From Geosiphon pyriformis uo1 (Eukaryota > Fungi > Glomeromycota), in contig JAAOMT010000516.1 of assembly GCA_016748015.1 (NCBI GenBank), positions 62,001-126,000 on the forward strand: a stretch of 64,000 nt of DNA. The letters run 5' to 3'. Of this stretch, positions 48,920-62,977 are shown piece after piece. Each line of letters opens with the position of its first letter. The first letter of the stretch is position 1. Both the position numbers and the translations under genes were made by a program. The notes below the pieces were generated by a model that saw only the letters and a program-made list of their open reading frames with translations, was not told the DNA's origin and did not search any database.

Positions 48920-50071
48920 TTTTCATGTTGAAAATTAAAAAAAAAATTTCAGCCAAAAAGAACAATCTAAAGAAACAAGTATTTCTTGTGTAAAAAAAAA
49001 TTCTTTGTTCTTTAAAGGAAAAAATGATGTCAAAAATTTTGAATTTCCCTTTAGGAAGTTTAAAAAATTTAGTTTGGAAGTTTCAAAAGCAAAACCGTTT
49101 TGAATTTAAATAAATAAAAAATTTCAATTTGATGACTAATAATACTATTTTTCAACACCTATTAAATATGAAGTTCAAGTTGTTTAGTTGGTTAATTGGT
49201 TGGTTTGTTGGTTGGTTGAATCAATGAAAGAAATCTAAATCTGCACGCAAAACGCCCACCAAACAAGGCTGATTTTTGGTCTCATATGACACCATTCAAA
49301 AAAAATGGTTACTATTTTACTATGAACCAATGATTTTTTTGAATTTCGTATAAACAATCAATTATGAAGTTTCCCTTTTTCAGCTTTTTCATCATAGAAT
49401 TCAATTATATTAAGAAACAGAAAGGCCTAAAGAGAGATAGTTTGATTGGAATACTTTTTTTTTTAAAAAAAAATGTACAATTAAAAAAATTAAAAAAAAA
49501 AGGTTTGAATGTTTAAAGAAATAAAAGAAAAATAAAGAGTGAAAAATCGAAATGAAAATAATCATTAGAATCTAATGATAATAACCTTTAATGTTTACAT
49601 GATAAAAATTCCAAAGAAAATACAAAGTTTTTCAAAGAAAAGTTTCCAAAAAAAAATAATAATCTTAGGCTTGAAATTTGTAATAATGATTATTCTATAC
49701 TTTATATTTGAAGCTGTACAATTAATTACATAGTATTTCTTTGACAAGTATTTATTCATGGTTTTTAATTATAATTATTTGATGAAAAATTTTAATGTCA
49801 AAAAAATTTAATGTGAGAGAGAGAGAATGAAGCTGGATTCTGGTTGGCTGTGATTTTGTCGTAAGTTTAAAGAAATCTTGAAATATTTTGATTTGTATAT
49901 ATGTGGTTTTTCGCAAAGATATTCGTGGATTTTTTTTTTGATAATGTTGTTTTTAAAAGTTCAGCTTTTATTACTATTATAATTTTCATCTTAATAATTT
50001 TCATTTCACCATGAATAAAAACATTGGAGTTTTAAAAATGAAAATTCTCCTTCACTCACTCACTCACTCAC

Positions 50072-51139
50072 TCATGGTTTATTGTTCTGAATATTATTTC
50101 CCATGGTACCTTTACCATAACCACTATTTCCATGCCTTGCTCTTTCTCGTTTTGAGGCAGAATTTGAATTATCAATTTTCATGTTATTTTTTCCAACACC
50201 ACCGCCACCACCACCTATCCCTCTTCGAATAACTCCACTTCTGTCCAATCGTTTCAAAATTTTGTCCTCCACCAACTGACTTTTTAACTCATCAACAATG
50301 GTTTTCAAGCCCAAATTTTCTTCTTTCAAATCTTTCATTTGTCTTCCTAAAAGTCCATTTTCAGCTGTCAGAGCACTTATTCGTGAATTTAATTCTTGTA
50401 TCTGTGAGCTCATCTCTTGAGTTTGTTTATGTTTTTTTGCACGATATTTTGCCGAAGCAACTTTATTTCTTTCTCGCCTTTCGTGAAGGGTGAGTGGTGA
50501 TAGAGGATCCAAAGGATCGTCTAAAGCTCCTGGTGATGATACTGTTGGAGATGAAATAGATTTCGCAGCGTATTGATAAAGTAAAGGTGATGGCGGTTGT
50601 TGTTGTTGGGTAGGAGTTATAGCGGAATTTGGAGCGGATGATGAAGTACTTGGGGATAATAATTGTAATATTTGTAGTTGTGGATTGGAATGACGAGAAT
50701 TAAAGGAGTTGTTATTGCTGCTGCTACTATTATTATTATTGCTATTGTTATTGTTATTGTTATTGTTATTGCTGGTATTGTTGGTCAAAGAGGTTGGTTC
50801 TGGAATTTTTAAATGTTGTTGTAAATAATGAACGGAATCGAAAAATTCGTTGGGAGTTTGAGAAGGAGTCGAAATTTGTGGTTTTATTCGCGGAAGAGAT
50901 GAGGTGGAATTTGGAAGTGAAAGTGAATTTAGAATTGGTAAAGGGTGTAAATTATTTCCTTCGAATGATAATAATTCCTGTACACGAAGTCTTCTACCAT
51001 GATTTGGTGGTGAATTGCCTCCGCTAAAATCTGAATTTTCTGGAGATGAAATGGCCACATCGATTGTTACCAATGGAGCTGGTGGTGACCTTGGCGAAGA
51101 ATGATATGAGCTAGTGGTAGTATAAGTTGTTGATGTCAT
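50072..51139 (-). CDS. bZIP transcription factor (355 aa, single exon)
   Basis: Basic region ERRERNKVASAKYRAKK with the invariant N-x7-R, followed by a long heptad coiled coil (MSSQIQELNSRISALTAENGLLGRQMKDLKEENLGLKTIVDELKSQL). S/P/N/Q-rich low-complexity N-terminus. Confidence 0.95.
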   Translation of the reverse strand: MTSTTYTTTSSYHSSPRSPPAPLVTIDVAISSPENSDFSGGNSPPNHGRRLRVQELLSFEGNNLHPLPILNSLSLPNSTSSLPRIKPQISTPSQTPNEFFDSVHYLQQHLKIPEPTSLTNNTSNNNNNNNNNSNNNNSSSSNNNSFNSRHSNPQLQILQLLSPSTSSSAPNSAITPTQQQQPPSPLLYQYAAKSISSPTVSSPGALDDPLDPLSPLTLHERRERNKVASAKYRAKKHKQTQEMSSQIQELNSRISALTAENGLLGRQMKDLKEENLGLKTIVDELKSQLVEDKILKRLDRSGVIRRGIGGGGGGVGKNNMKIDNSNSASKRERARHGNSGYGKGTMGNNIQNNKP

Positions 51140-51335
51140 TTTTCAAAAATAAATTTAGAAATCGAATTTCAAGATTTAAATGTTTTTTTTTGGTCAAAAA
51201 TTGGGGGCTGAATCGACGATAGTTGGATTAAATTTCTATTTCTCTTTCACTTTCTCTCTCTCTTGCTCAAATATTTATCCACAATTAAATCACCAATGAT
51301 ATTTGAAATTTGATGAGTTTTGACGTATGATGATA

Positions 51336-51373
<38 letters not shown>

Positions 51374-51596
51374 AATGATTATGATGATTATGATTATTAT
51401 TATTATTCTTTTATTTTTATTACCACTACTTCTATTTATTTTTATTATTAAACCAAAAGTTCTTAACGGAAGTTTTTTATTTGCTCAACACACCAGGTTG
51501 GCAGGCAGGTAAAGCAATAATAGACAAAAAAACAACAAAAGTCAACGACGAAGAGTCAATTTGTTAAAAATCCGATCTCCGGGATGGTCGCAACCA

Positions 51597-51604
51597 TTTA
51601 TATA
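51597..51604 (-). promoter_or_regulatory. Candidate TATA box of the bZIP gene
   Basis: TATATAAA on the minus strand, next to a CpG-containing patch, about 460 bp upstream of the ATG. No ATG lies between about 51570 and the CDS. The motif alone is weak evidence in AT-rich DNA. Confidence 0.35.
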
Positions 51605-53621
51605 TTTTTTTTCTCGCTATAATCATACTACAGACCTTTTAAAGTATTTTTCTTAAATGCAATAGGTTGATCTTATTGTAAAAATTATTTATATTTAAAT
51701 TCAATACTAGTTTTTTTTTTTTTAAAAAAAAAAAAAACTAGGTTATACCGGCTTCGCTCATTGAAAAATTTTTGCCGAGAATTTTATTTTTTTTATTTTT
51801 AAAGAAGAAAATTTTTTATTATAGCTAATATATTTTCATACTGTTATTGTGTGACAATAACACTACAGAAATTTTGAGGGTAAAAGCGAAACAAAAAGAA
51901 AAAAAAAGCTTATTTTATTTTAAGATTAAATAATAATATCAAAAAAAAAAAAAAAGTTTCGATAACATTTAAAAACCAATATTTTTTTTTTCTGGTAGGT
52001 AAAATTAATAAGGAAATAAGATATCAAATTTCATCATTTTCAATTTTTTTTTTTAACAGACAAAAAAATCACACACACATACAGATATTAAATTCTTTAT
52101 TAATTTTAATGTACATCCTAAAAATAAAAATAAACAAAAAACACCTTCCAAAGCAATTTCCGTGTTTTCCTTCGATTTGACCCACTCGATCATGTCACCT
52201 ATGTAAAAACAGCCTATACGCTGTTATACTTATCGGGCATTTTCTTTTAAATTACATATATAGTTTAAAACTTGTTTTTTTAATTAAAAGATGTATAAAA
52301 ATGAAATTGAATTAAAATATATAATTTTATATTAAAACTTTTTAGTGTTTTTTTTGTACATCCCCGAAATTACCTAGACAATATAAAAAAGCCAAATATA
52401 AATAAATAAAATTATTATTGTTATTATTATTATTATTATTACTACTACTACTTATATCAATATTTATCTTTAGGGATAAGTTAACCTTCTTTGGCCCTAC
52501 ACGCTTCTCAATTACCGATCATACACTCAATTTCCATTATGTCCTAGGTGTGCGTGTGTGCTTGATATCAAAAGTAGTACTGATAGCTAATAATGTGTTT
52601 CTTTTTGTTGTTGGTGCAACTTTACAAGATGATGCATACTGCATAATAGATTTTTCGGAACATGAATTCCAATCACAGAACTTTATCATCTATATGTTCT
52701 TGTTCCCAATAATATCTTGTGAGCAAATAACGGTAAAAAATATTTTTGGTAAATTTTCTTAATTTTAATTCTTAATTTTAATTCTGAATCGGGATAATAA
52801 GAAAAGACGGTTGCATGGAAAATATTTGAAATATCCCGATTTAATTTTTTAACAAAAAAAATCTTAATTACAATAAAATTAAGAAATTTCCTCCTCCTCC
52901 TCCTCCTCCTCCTCCTTCCATCTAAATTGAAAATCAAAATTTATTTTTTAAATTTTTCTTTTACCTAAAAATGTAGGTCTGAAAATTTTTATTTTGACAC
53001 ACATGCATACATTTTCCAAATTGTGTATACCTCATTAGAAATTTCGTCATTTTTTTTTACTGTTCCAAAATCCTAAAATCCTAATAATAATAATAATAAT
53101 AATAATAAACAAATGCAAGCAGTCAGCATTTATCAGACTTTAGATAATCATCCTTTTCATCACAACAATATCGTCATAATCTTCATAATCTAAGATCCCA
53201 ATAGCCGAGACTAATTTGTGAGATGCAAATGGCTGAGCCGCAATTCTTCATCGTTTTAAATTTCCGATGTTAGGATTTGGTAGTTTGATCATTTGGATAA
53301 ACGCCCAGGTATAAAAAAAAAAGAACCAGTCTGGTACTTGTGTAACAGGTAACCAATCAAAAATTAAGAAAAATTGGTTACGAGCAACTGGGTCTCGATA
53401 CCATTGGTAAAGATTGTTTTGACGAAATGTAAATGTGCCAATAAAAGGGTAAAAACTTGATTTAATTAATTTCTTTTGAAAATTCTCCAAGTTGAGAATA
53501 TTTTTTGTGTGGGAAACATGAAAAAAATACAATTTCCAGAATATTTCACGTGTCCCACCAAGGACCTCGATCTCAGCAGTTCAATCAAAAGTTTTGAAAC
53601 AAACTTGACAAAATAGCTTTC

Positions 53622-53659
53622 CTCTTCTTCTTCTTCTTCTTCTTCTTCTTCTTCTTCTT

Positions 53660-53690
<31 letters not shown>

Positions 53691-53746
53691 TTTTTCTTCT
53701 TCTTCTTCTTCTTCTTCTTCTTCTTCTTCTTCTTTTTCTTCTTCTT
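53622..53746. repeat. (CTT)n microsatellite, interrupted
   Basis: About 120 bp of CTT repeats. Confidence 0.95.
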
Positions 53747-56396
53747 TCTCAAGTTAAAGGCTTGGCTTTCTTTAAATTTGTAGGATCAAAAGATCTTGCT
53801 TGTTATTGGTTTTACGTAAGCCCATCAAATAAATTACATAACTCAATAATTTACTCTAAACTAAAAATGGCTACGAAATAATGGACACAAGGATTGTTCC
53901 TACGTACTAATTTGCTTCTGTTTGTCTGTGCTCACAACAGCCCATTTCTTTTCAGAGAACAATGCGAGAATACAATGTACGACGTGCATCACAGAAAAAG
54001 AATTGTCCGTAACCCCCACTGTAAATATTCGAATCTTTTAATATGATGTTTAGCTTGTTTTAATCTCGTGCGATTTGATAATTTTGCATGATATCCTAAT
54101 TTGGAAATAGCTCTTGCTTAAAAATTTTTAGCGGGCTCAGATGCTTGGCAACCTATGATGAGTCATCTCAGCTGGAAGGGAAAATTTTTCACCATGTTCA
54201 CATGAAAAGTACAAATTTTCAATATTCAAACGTTATTATTTTCTGACCAAATATATCTATGAATCATTTTAATAATAAGCTTTCACCAAATGGGAATGTT
54301 TCCTATTTTTGTTTAATCCAGCCATCGCTACTATTTTTTTTTAACAAATACAACAATGATAAAATTTATATTTTCTTAATAAACAAAAACAAATCATTTG
54401 GTCAAGAAGAAAACCTTTTCTTTCAAAGTTTTAAATTTTAACAATAGATTGGCTTAAGAACAAGAATATACAGCTGAAACTAGAGGATCAATTAGAGCTT
54501 TTGGCAGCTTTTCATTACAAATCTTTATCATTTACATTTGATGATGATGATGATGATGATGATTTTCAATAAAAAAATACTTGAACTTTTCAATGTTCAA
54601 AAACCCAAAATGAGAATTTTAAAATAATTTTCTTTGTTGGATTTGAAAATTAAGTAATTGATTTTATTGCAGAAAAATCATTATCGAACATATCATGAAA
54701 TTGAAATAGATTTTTGTTACTGCTGATTATCTTGAAACCCAAAAAAAGGATTGCAAATGTGATTCATTTTTGATTTCAATTCGTCAAAAAAAATATATAT
54801 ATATATTATTATTGTTTTCTTTCTTTAGGTATCATAGATACCTCGCGGTTTATACGCCACAACATAAAATATTAGGTAATTGATTTCTTTGCAGATTAAC
54901 GTTTAAAACCAAATTGTAATTTTTTCTCTGAATCCAGAAAGGCTGTCTGTTATCACCTTTGTTAACTCTTGATATTAATGTGACTAAATGATTTCCTTGA
55001 TTCGGTAAAATATCTTTGAAAAAACAGGTCTGAAATCCACTTCGGCCGAAAGGTGGGGTGGTAGTTTTAATAGAAAAACAAAAGATCCATTCTTTCGTTG
55101 TTGTTTTTTTCTCGATCTCTCACCATGATTACTTTTTTTTGCAATTTTTAAAGGAACAGCCTAATAGCCAAGAATTCATCATCATCATCATCATCAAATA
55201 ATTTAATTACTTGAAAAAATTTCCATAAATTACACAAAAACTTTAATCCTAATAATGCAACAGTGTTGATGAATAACACACACACAACATAACCATCAAA
55301 ACCCGGAGTACACATGGCGAATCTCTAAAAATGACCCAAAAAAAGCTAATGATAGAATATTCTCAGTTGAAGCAAATTTCTTTTGCTAAGCCTTTTATGG
55401 CAATAAGTGCTGTGACTAATAATAATTTCATGCAGGGATTTAATTTTAGATAATGGTTTGATTTGCCAGCTTCTTTTTGATTGCATTGTCATACGTCAAC
55501 ATTTAGTGACAGATCTGAGATTTGAGCGGAGATTTGATTCCGCAGTTTATAAAATATGAGCCTAAATTTTTCAAGGCTTAAAAATTTTTATTTACCCGCC
55601 TGCAGCAGAAGCACACCCAGACTGGGAATAAATTTAAATATGTCTTTGGCCGAAGTTTACAAGAAAATTTAAAAAATTTAGTTTGAGATCTGAGATCGAA
55701 ATGTTTTTTTTGCATAGGTCGTGAGAGTTGAAGTTGTTTTTCTGACGATGAGGAAATGAGAAAATCAAGTATATTGCGATTCCCTACTCTTAAAGACTTT
55801 TGCTTGAAGCAAGCAAAAGATTTTTTCTTTTTTACAGAAATCAAAACTCTTTCTTTCTTTTTCTTTCTTTTCTTTCTTTTTTTTCTTTCATTTCTCTCTT
55901 TTCTTTCTTTCTTACGAAACAAAATAAATATATGTTTGCAAGATTATGTGAAAATATTTTATTAATTCCAGAAAACTTTTTTATTTTTTATATCAGAAAT
56001 TTCTTTATTTTCCTTTGAGATTATGCACACATTACACAATAAAATTTTTGCCAGAATTTTATTTTTATCAAAGAAATTTTTTCTATATGATTATTTTTGA
56101 CAAGAAGATGAATTTTTTGCTGATGATTATTATCATAAATTTTTTCTTGGTCAAGAAAAAAAGAAACATTCGATATGGCACTCAATAGCATTAAAAATGT
56201 GTGTGTGTGTGTGTGAACCGGGAATTAATTTTTTGTTGATCATGACCAAATATATCTAATAAAAGGTTACCCCGATAAGTGCATAGAAACTAGTCTAGAC
56301 TATTTTAAAAAAAATATAAACAAGCTTTTCGGTTTTGGATGGCCGAAAGATTTGAGTTTCTTGTTTCTAGCTTTTATGGTGATTGGAGATTTAAGT

Positions 56397-56429
<33 letters not shown>

Positions 56430-56640
56430 TTTTTGAACTGACAAAATACTCTAGTTTTTATTAAATAGGTTGCCAAATTCAGAAATCAATGAGAGAGAGA
56501 TAGAGAGATGTATATATCTAAGAAAATCAAAAATTCACCTAGGTATTAGGTAAGTTTAATAAGTTGAATATGAAATGAACGAGTTCGGTGAACAAGAGTT
56601 TGAAAATATTACATTTTTAATCATTTGAATTATGTCAGCC

Positions 56641-56683
<43 letters not shown>

Positions 56684-58577
56684 TAGAAAGGCTATTCTGT
56701 AATAATACGTGTGAAAAATTAAAAGTACATCATAAATAAATTTGAATTCATAATATTTTTCCCTTTTAACCAGAATGATCTATCAAGGGTAAAATATTAC
56801 GTAGGCAGCTTTTTATTTTGCTGGTACCCGTATGCGGTTCCAATTTACAAAAAATTATGTGAAGATCGATCATAATTGACGCGTAGACAATATGGGCAAC
56901 TAGTCGTCAAAGGGGTAAATAAAGATCCGAAAACTGCTAGTTAGTTAACATTGCTCGAATTTTTATTTTAAACAGAAAATAGAAAAGATTAACAAATTTT
57001 AAAACAATTATATATGTAAATCATATTAAATTGCCATGTTTTCTTTTACAATTTCAAAATAGTCTAGTTTAATCTCATTTAATGGGAAAGTTAGTTAATT
57101 AATTAGTTAGTTATATAGTTATATAGTTATATAGTTATATAGTTATAGATTGACGCGTTTGAAACTCCTTGATTTCAAGAAAGAAAAAATGTGGCATGTT
57201 GTTAAAAGGTACATTTATTGTACAAAAACTTGATCTCACTGGAACCAAATGTATCACACATTTTTGGCTTTTTGATCAACAAAGATTAATTTTCTTTTTA
57301 ATTTATCAAATGAAAAATTTAAAAATTCACTGAAACTGAAACTTGTTCACAAAAATTTAAGGAAGTACAAGACAAGTGATCAATCACTAATAGAAATTTT
57401 TTTTTTCAAAAGAGGAAGGTAGGAAGGAATTCAAGTAGTGAAAATTCATGCCATAAACTCTTGCTGAATTGTTTATTTCTTTGTCTACTATAAATGAACT
57501 TTATAACTTTGATAATTTTGATCTTGATCTTGTACACTTTCTCTTTACGCGTTACAATTTTATTTAGCCAAAAAACATCCCTTTTCAAAAGATCTTTTTA
57601 ATTTATGTAAATAAAGATGCAAATCACTTTTTAGAAAAATTTTCCAAGGACAAAGAGCAAACGTTTTAAAAATGACTTATGATTTGCAGTACGTAAAAAA
57701 GAGTTTTTTGAGTTTGAGTTTGAGACAAAGAACCAATAATAATAATAATAATAATAATAATTTAAAAAGACAATAGCAATGCAAGACATTCTCGATGGCG
57801 TTTTTTTTTTTTTTTTGGAACAAGTTTTTAGTTAGTAAGTTAGTTACTTAGTAGTTAGTCGATTTATTGTTTAGTTGAAAATGAAATGAAAAAAATAAAA
57901 TAAAATAAAATAAAATAAAATAAAAAACTTTTTTTCTGTTATCACAATTTCTTCCTTAAATTTCCGTCCGTCTCAAATATTACGTCAGATGCGGTAAGAA
58001 ATTATTAATGGAATTCATTAAGATAGAAATTTAGAAGTTTCGAAGAAAAGAACTTCAAAATATGTGCATGAAATTGTATGAAAATTCTCAAAAGTGGTGC
58101 AAGATTTACATGTTTCAAGACGATAAAATTGTGTGATATTCTTTGGTACACATTCAAAAAAAAAAAAAAAATTTTGAAGCAAAGTTTTCTATTTTAGACA
58201 TAGATGTATATAGATAAGGTTAACTTTGAAATATGTATATATATTTTTCTTTCAATGTAGAGTAAATGAAAATTTTTGAGAAAACGTCCCCTGAATTCTT
58301 AAAAATATTTATTCTATGAATTAAGATTTTTTAAGTTTTGATTTTTGATTTTTTTTTTTATAAACCAATGTGAAATGACGTGTTCCATATTAAAAAAAAA
58401 GTTTTTCTTTCTTTCTTTCTTTCTTTCTTTCTTTCAATCAATATAATATTTAGTAATATAAAATTGTATATTTATATATATATATATATTTTTATTTAAT
58501 TAATTAATTATTTTAAAGATTGTGTTTTAAATGATCATTGTTAAAAATTCTGTAATATCACATTCATAAATCATTTA

Positions 58578-58620
<43 letters not shown>

Positions 58621-59438
58621 GTTATTATTATTAAATTTAATAAATTTAAATTTTAGGATAAAAATTTTCATAAACAATTTTCAATATTATTTCGGCTAAA
58701 TTAAAAAAAAAAATTAAAATTAAAATACCTAATTATCAAAATTATAATCTTTTTTGTTATTATTTCAAATAAATTATTATTTCTTTATTTGTTTATTAAT
58801 TTATATTAAAATTTCTTGATCTCTGTCTTTAGGATTAGTTCTTTGACTCCTGGTTAGTATCACCGCTTCAAGAATTTATAGAAATAACCAATCATCTTTT
58901 TGAAGTTATCTTCTATATATTTAAAATAAACCCTAATCATCAAGTGATCCCGTGAATGTAATGTTCAGATGTGCAGGAATTTTTAATTGCGTAAGCACGA
59001 AATGCTTATCTTAGGCGGGAATGCACAAACTTTTTTAATACTTATACTAAAACGAGCCGACTGGTTTAAATTGACAGAAAGTGTGGTGTTGGGTTATGAG
59101 AACATGACCTTTTTTTCTTTTTTTTTTTTTACATAGATTTTTCACCCTAAAAAATAGAACAATCGAAATTTTATTAAATTTCAAATATAAAATATTAAAC
59201 TTTTTGAATCGGAACGCGGATTTAACTTATTTTAGAAATAAAATGAAAAAATATTAAATATCTCCTCATCACTAATCAAAAAATTTGTAACGTTTAAGCG
59301 AACAACTCCACTTTCTTTTTCAAGTCTTTGAGAACTAAAGATAAACCCAGAAAAAATAAGTAAATATTTTATTTTCAGAATCTCTTTAGAAAAAGAAAGT
59401 ATTGTAATTGCATGCATGAAAAGCAAAAAAAAGATATA

Positions 59439-59457
59439 AGTAATAATAATAATAATA

Positions 59458-59511
<54 letters not shown>

Positions 59512-59550
59512 TTAATAATGAATATTATTATTATTATTATTATTATTATT
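59439..59550. repeat. (AAT)n followed by (ATT)n compound microsatellite
   Basis: Read directly; the two halves are reverse complements. Confidence 0.9.
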
Positions 59551-60005
59551 AAATGAATTTTATCAATTTTAAAATCTTGAATTTCAATCTTTTATTATAA
59601 ACTGAAATACGTACTGTTTTCCTATAAAAGAAATTCATGTCTGAATATTTTAAATAATCAAATGTAATGTCATCATTATTAAGAATTCATTACGTTTAAA
59701 AATTTAAAAAACAGGATTTTCGTCATTTTTTTTTATTTTTAAATAAAATTTAAAATTATTCAAATATTATTAAACAAATAAAAAATAAACTTTGTAATTC
59801 ATATTTTCATATCTCATTTTACTTAATAATATCATTGATATTCCTCTTTATTATCAATTTTTAAGAATCTAAAATTGTACTTGAATTAAAAATAAATTTC
59901 TCTCACAGCTTTCAAAGTTATACAGGATGAAAAAAAATTTTCAAATTTCTTTCACATAATCGATAGCTTCACTTGATTGACTCAGCTTTAAGGCTAATTT
60001 CTTTA

Positions 60006-60042
<37 letters not shown>

Positions 60043-60463
60043 CACTTGACCGTTTCTTTTTTCATCTTTGGGCTTCCTTGAAATCAATAATGATTTTAAA
60101 TGACTGCCTTATTGACCGATATTCTGAAACCAATAAAAATTTTTTAAGATTATTAATTTTTGGGAAACGAATCCCTCCCTCCCCCAACACATATTTGAGA
60201 TATCTTTGAAAAGAATATCATTGAATCCTTAATTTTAAACATTTTAAATATATTCGTTTCAAAAAACCTTATATCTCCTTTCACCCCCCAACCTGTGAAC
60301 TCAAACTGATATTTGCGAGATATTCTTCATGATTTCAATCAAATTCTTTACAGATTCGATCCTCATTCCAAAATCTATATGTTTACTGTTGTTAGCATTT
60401 GAACCATCTATCATGATACAACTCATCAAACAAGGTACCATTAACCTTAATTTCTTGGTTGAA

Positions 60464-60501
60464 GGGGGTGGGGGTGGGGGTGGGGGTAGGGGTGGTGAGG
60501 G
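60464..60501 (+). repeat. (GGGGGT)n G-rich tract, canonical G-quadruplex motif
   Basis: Four G5 tracts with single-T loops, plus further G-runs. Confidence 0.8.
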
Positions 60502-61093
60502 TAAATTCATTATGTGAATCCATCTTCCATTATTTATTCGGTTGTTCTTTTGAGCTTCCGATCTTCGAAATTCCCTGAGGTCACACAAAATTTGCCACAT
60601 AATGACATTACGCACATTAAACCTTGTCTAAAATTAAAAAATGCATGGAAAGGTAGTACAGAACCAAAAATTTTTTTGGTAGAATTTTCTAACGACCTAT
60701 AAATATCTTTTGAACTGTACAATGGCGTAATTGAGATATTGTGAACAGTGATACCTAAATTTGATATTTTTTCTACAACCAAAATTTTTTTTAAAGAGTA
60801 ATTTTCTTGGCGAACGTGTTCAAACGATAAAGCCTAAATCTACAAAAGAAAATAGCTTCTTAGGTACGAGTTGGTTCGGCCGACGTTAAATAGTGTGAAT
60901 AAGGAATTGTACTTGAAAAGGAACAAGAAATTCTTTTCTTGGCAATTGTATTTGAAAAGTCTTTCTTGATTAACTTATGATGAATTCCTAGCTGAGTTTA
61001 CCAAAATATTTTGCCCTTTTGTCGTCAACCTAGGAAGTAGCAATGATTATTAAAACCAGTCGAAATAAACAAAATATACTCCTTAAAAGATTG

Positions 61094-61237
<144 letters not shown>

Positions 61238-62917
61238 TTCACAATACCAAGTGAACGAACAACCTGAACAACCAAAATCTTGGGATTTATCCCAAATTAA
61301 GAAAAAAAATTTATTTCTTGTGATCTCAATTTTTTATGAACATGCCTTTATTTTATGTTGGATATCATAAAGAAGCGAGAAATGAATGAAAATTTTATCT
61401 TATTTACAGAAAAGCTTTGATTTGATTTTCAGTCTTAAATACGCATCTTCCAGTCTGTCAAATATTCAATTTGAACAATTATTAAAGGTTGAGTCTCTTC
61501 CTTTTTCCTCTTTACGAAAATAGATTACAAATTTTATAATTCAGAGTTCTTCAAACTTTGAGACACAACTAAAAAAACTCCAACTTATTACATTCTGAAG
61601 TGATCCCTAGCAAATCTGCTATTTGTTTAACTTTGGAGATCGGAGAAAGGTTACTCCTCGGAATCTCTGTGTCTTTTCAATTTTTATTCCATCAAATAAG
61701 TACTTGAATATGAAACTTTAATTACCTTTGAGTCTCCTCTTTTTATATCATATAATGATTCGACCATTAATCATGAAAAAATTAAATTGCTAGGGCAAAT
61801 CGTGAGAGCATATATTATTTTAAAGTGGAATAAGCTCATTTTTTATCTTTGGGATCCTGGACTTTTTAAATTCTGAATTATTGCCAATAGCATTCAACAC
61901 AAGAAAATAGAATCAATGATTGTCTATCCGTGAGTAATTCTAATGATTAACTTGAGAATCTTTCGTTAATATTTCTAATGATGACTATTCTTTGTTAATA
62001 ATATTTTAAAAAGTATTGGATTCTCTTTCATAGATGTGGGAAGGGCAAAGAATATAGAAACTTACTGATGGAAATTTGGTCAGGAGCAATAATTGATCAT
62101 ATTGATTCTTTGATCAACTACCTGAAATCGCAATTATTCTCAACAATATTACCTATTTTTGAACGCGTTAATTATTTTATTTATGGTAATTATATGATTA
62201 CTCTAGATTTGAAGGCTTTTTGTTATGAAACTTTTGACAACTGAATTTCCAATATTTTCTTTGTAATTGTCAACAATATTAATTTATTTTTACCTTCTTT
62301 CACCTTTAAATTTTTTTCTCAAGTTTAAAAAAATTCCCATAATTATTTCCAGGCTTAATTACTTTGAGAACATGAGTAACAAATAAATCCAATTTATAGT
62401 AATCATTTAAAGTTCTGAGCAAGGTTTTAGTGTATTGATTGTTACAAAAGAGATTCTGAAATTTTAAAACTCTGGATAATCCATGTACAATACAAATTTC
62501 ATGGAATTTTATTTAAAATATTACGTTAGTATTCCAGATCACATTTTCTATTATGAAATTCTCAAAATAAATAAACATGATAAAATTAGATACACGTATA
62601 AAATAGTTTTTCTCTAAAAAAAACAAATAATAAATTTTTGAGATAAAAAAATGTATTGTTTGTGATTAAAATTTTCTACAATTTTTTTTCCTTTCAATAT
62701 CTCATATTATTAAAGTATTTGATTTACAAAAATTATTTTAATGATTCAGTTTTTTTTAATTTACTTTATATTTGAAATTTACAAAAAATGTATTATTATA
62801 AATTCTTTTATTAATTGTAAAATAAAAATATTATCATTATTTAAAATTGAATAATTGATCAAAAAAATTACAAACAAACTTTAATAATCAAAAAATAATT
62901 AATTAAAATATTTTATA

Positions 62918-62977
62918 TTTTACCGTTTACCGTTTACCGTTTATGATTTATGGTTTATGGTTTATGGTTTATGGTTT
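62918..62977. repeat. Heptamer array TTTACCG grading into TTTATGG
   Basis: (TTTACCG)3 TTTATGA (TTTATGG)4. Confidence 0.8.

Noticed and set aside
51140-51570. GCN4/ATF4-like uORF control of the bZIP gene
   Set aside because: No minus-strand ATG found in the presumed 5' UTR.
55041-55050. TTCGGCCGAA palindrome and related GGCCGA sites (55648, 56341, 60878) as an ncRNA hairpin or TF site
   Set aside because: Too short and too few to distinguish from chance; no tRNA or snRNA structure recognisable.
61400-62500. Possible F-box/LRR-like relic on the minus strand
   Set aside because: Only weak, stop-ridden resemblance.
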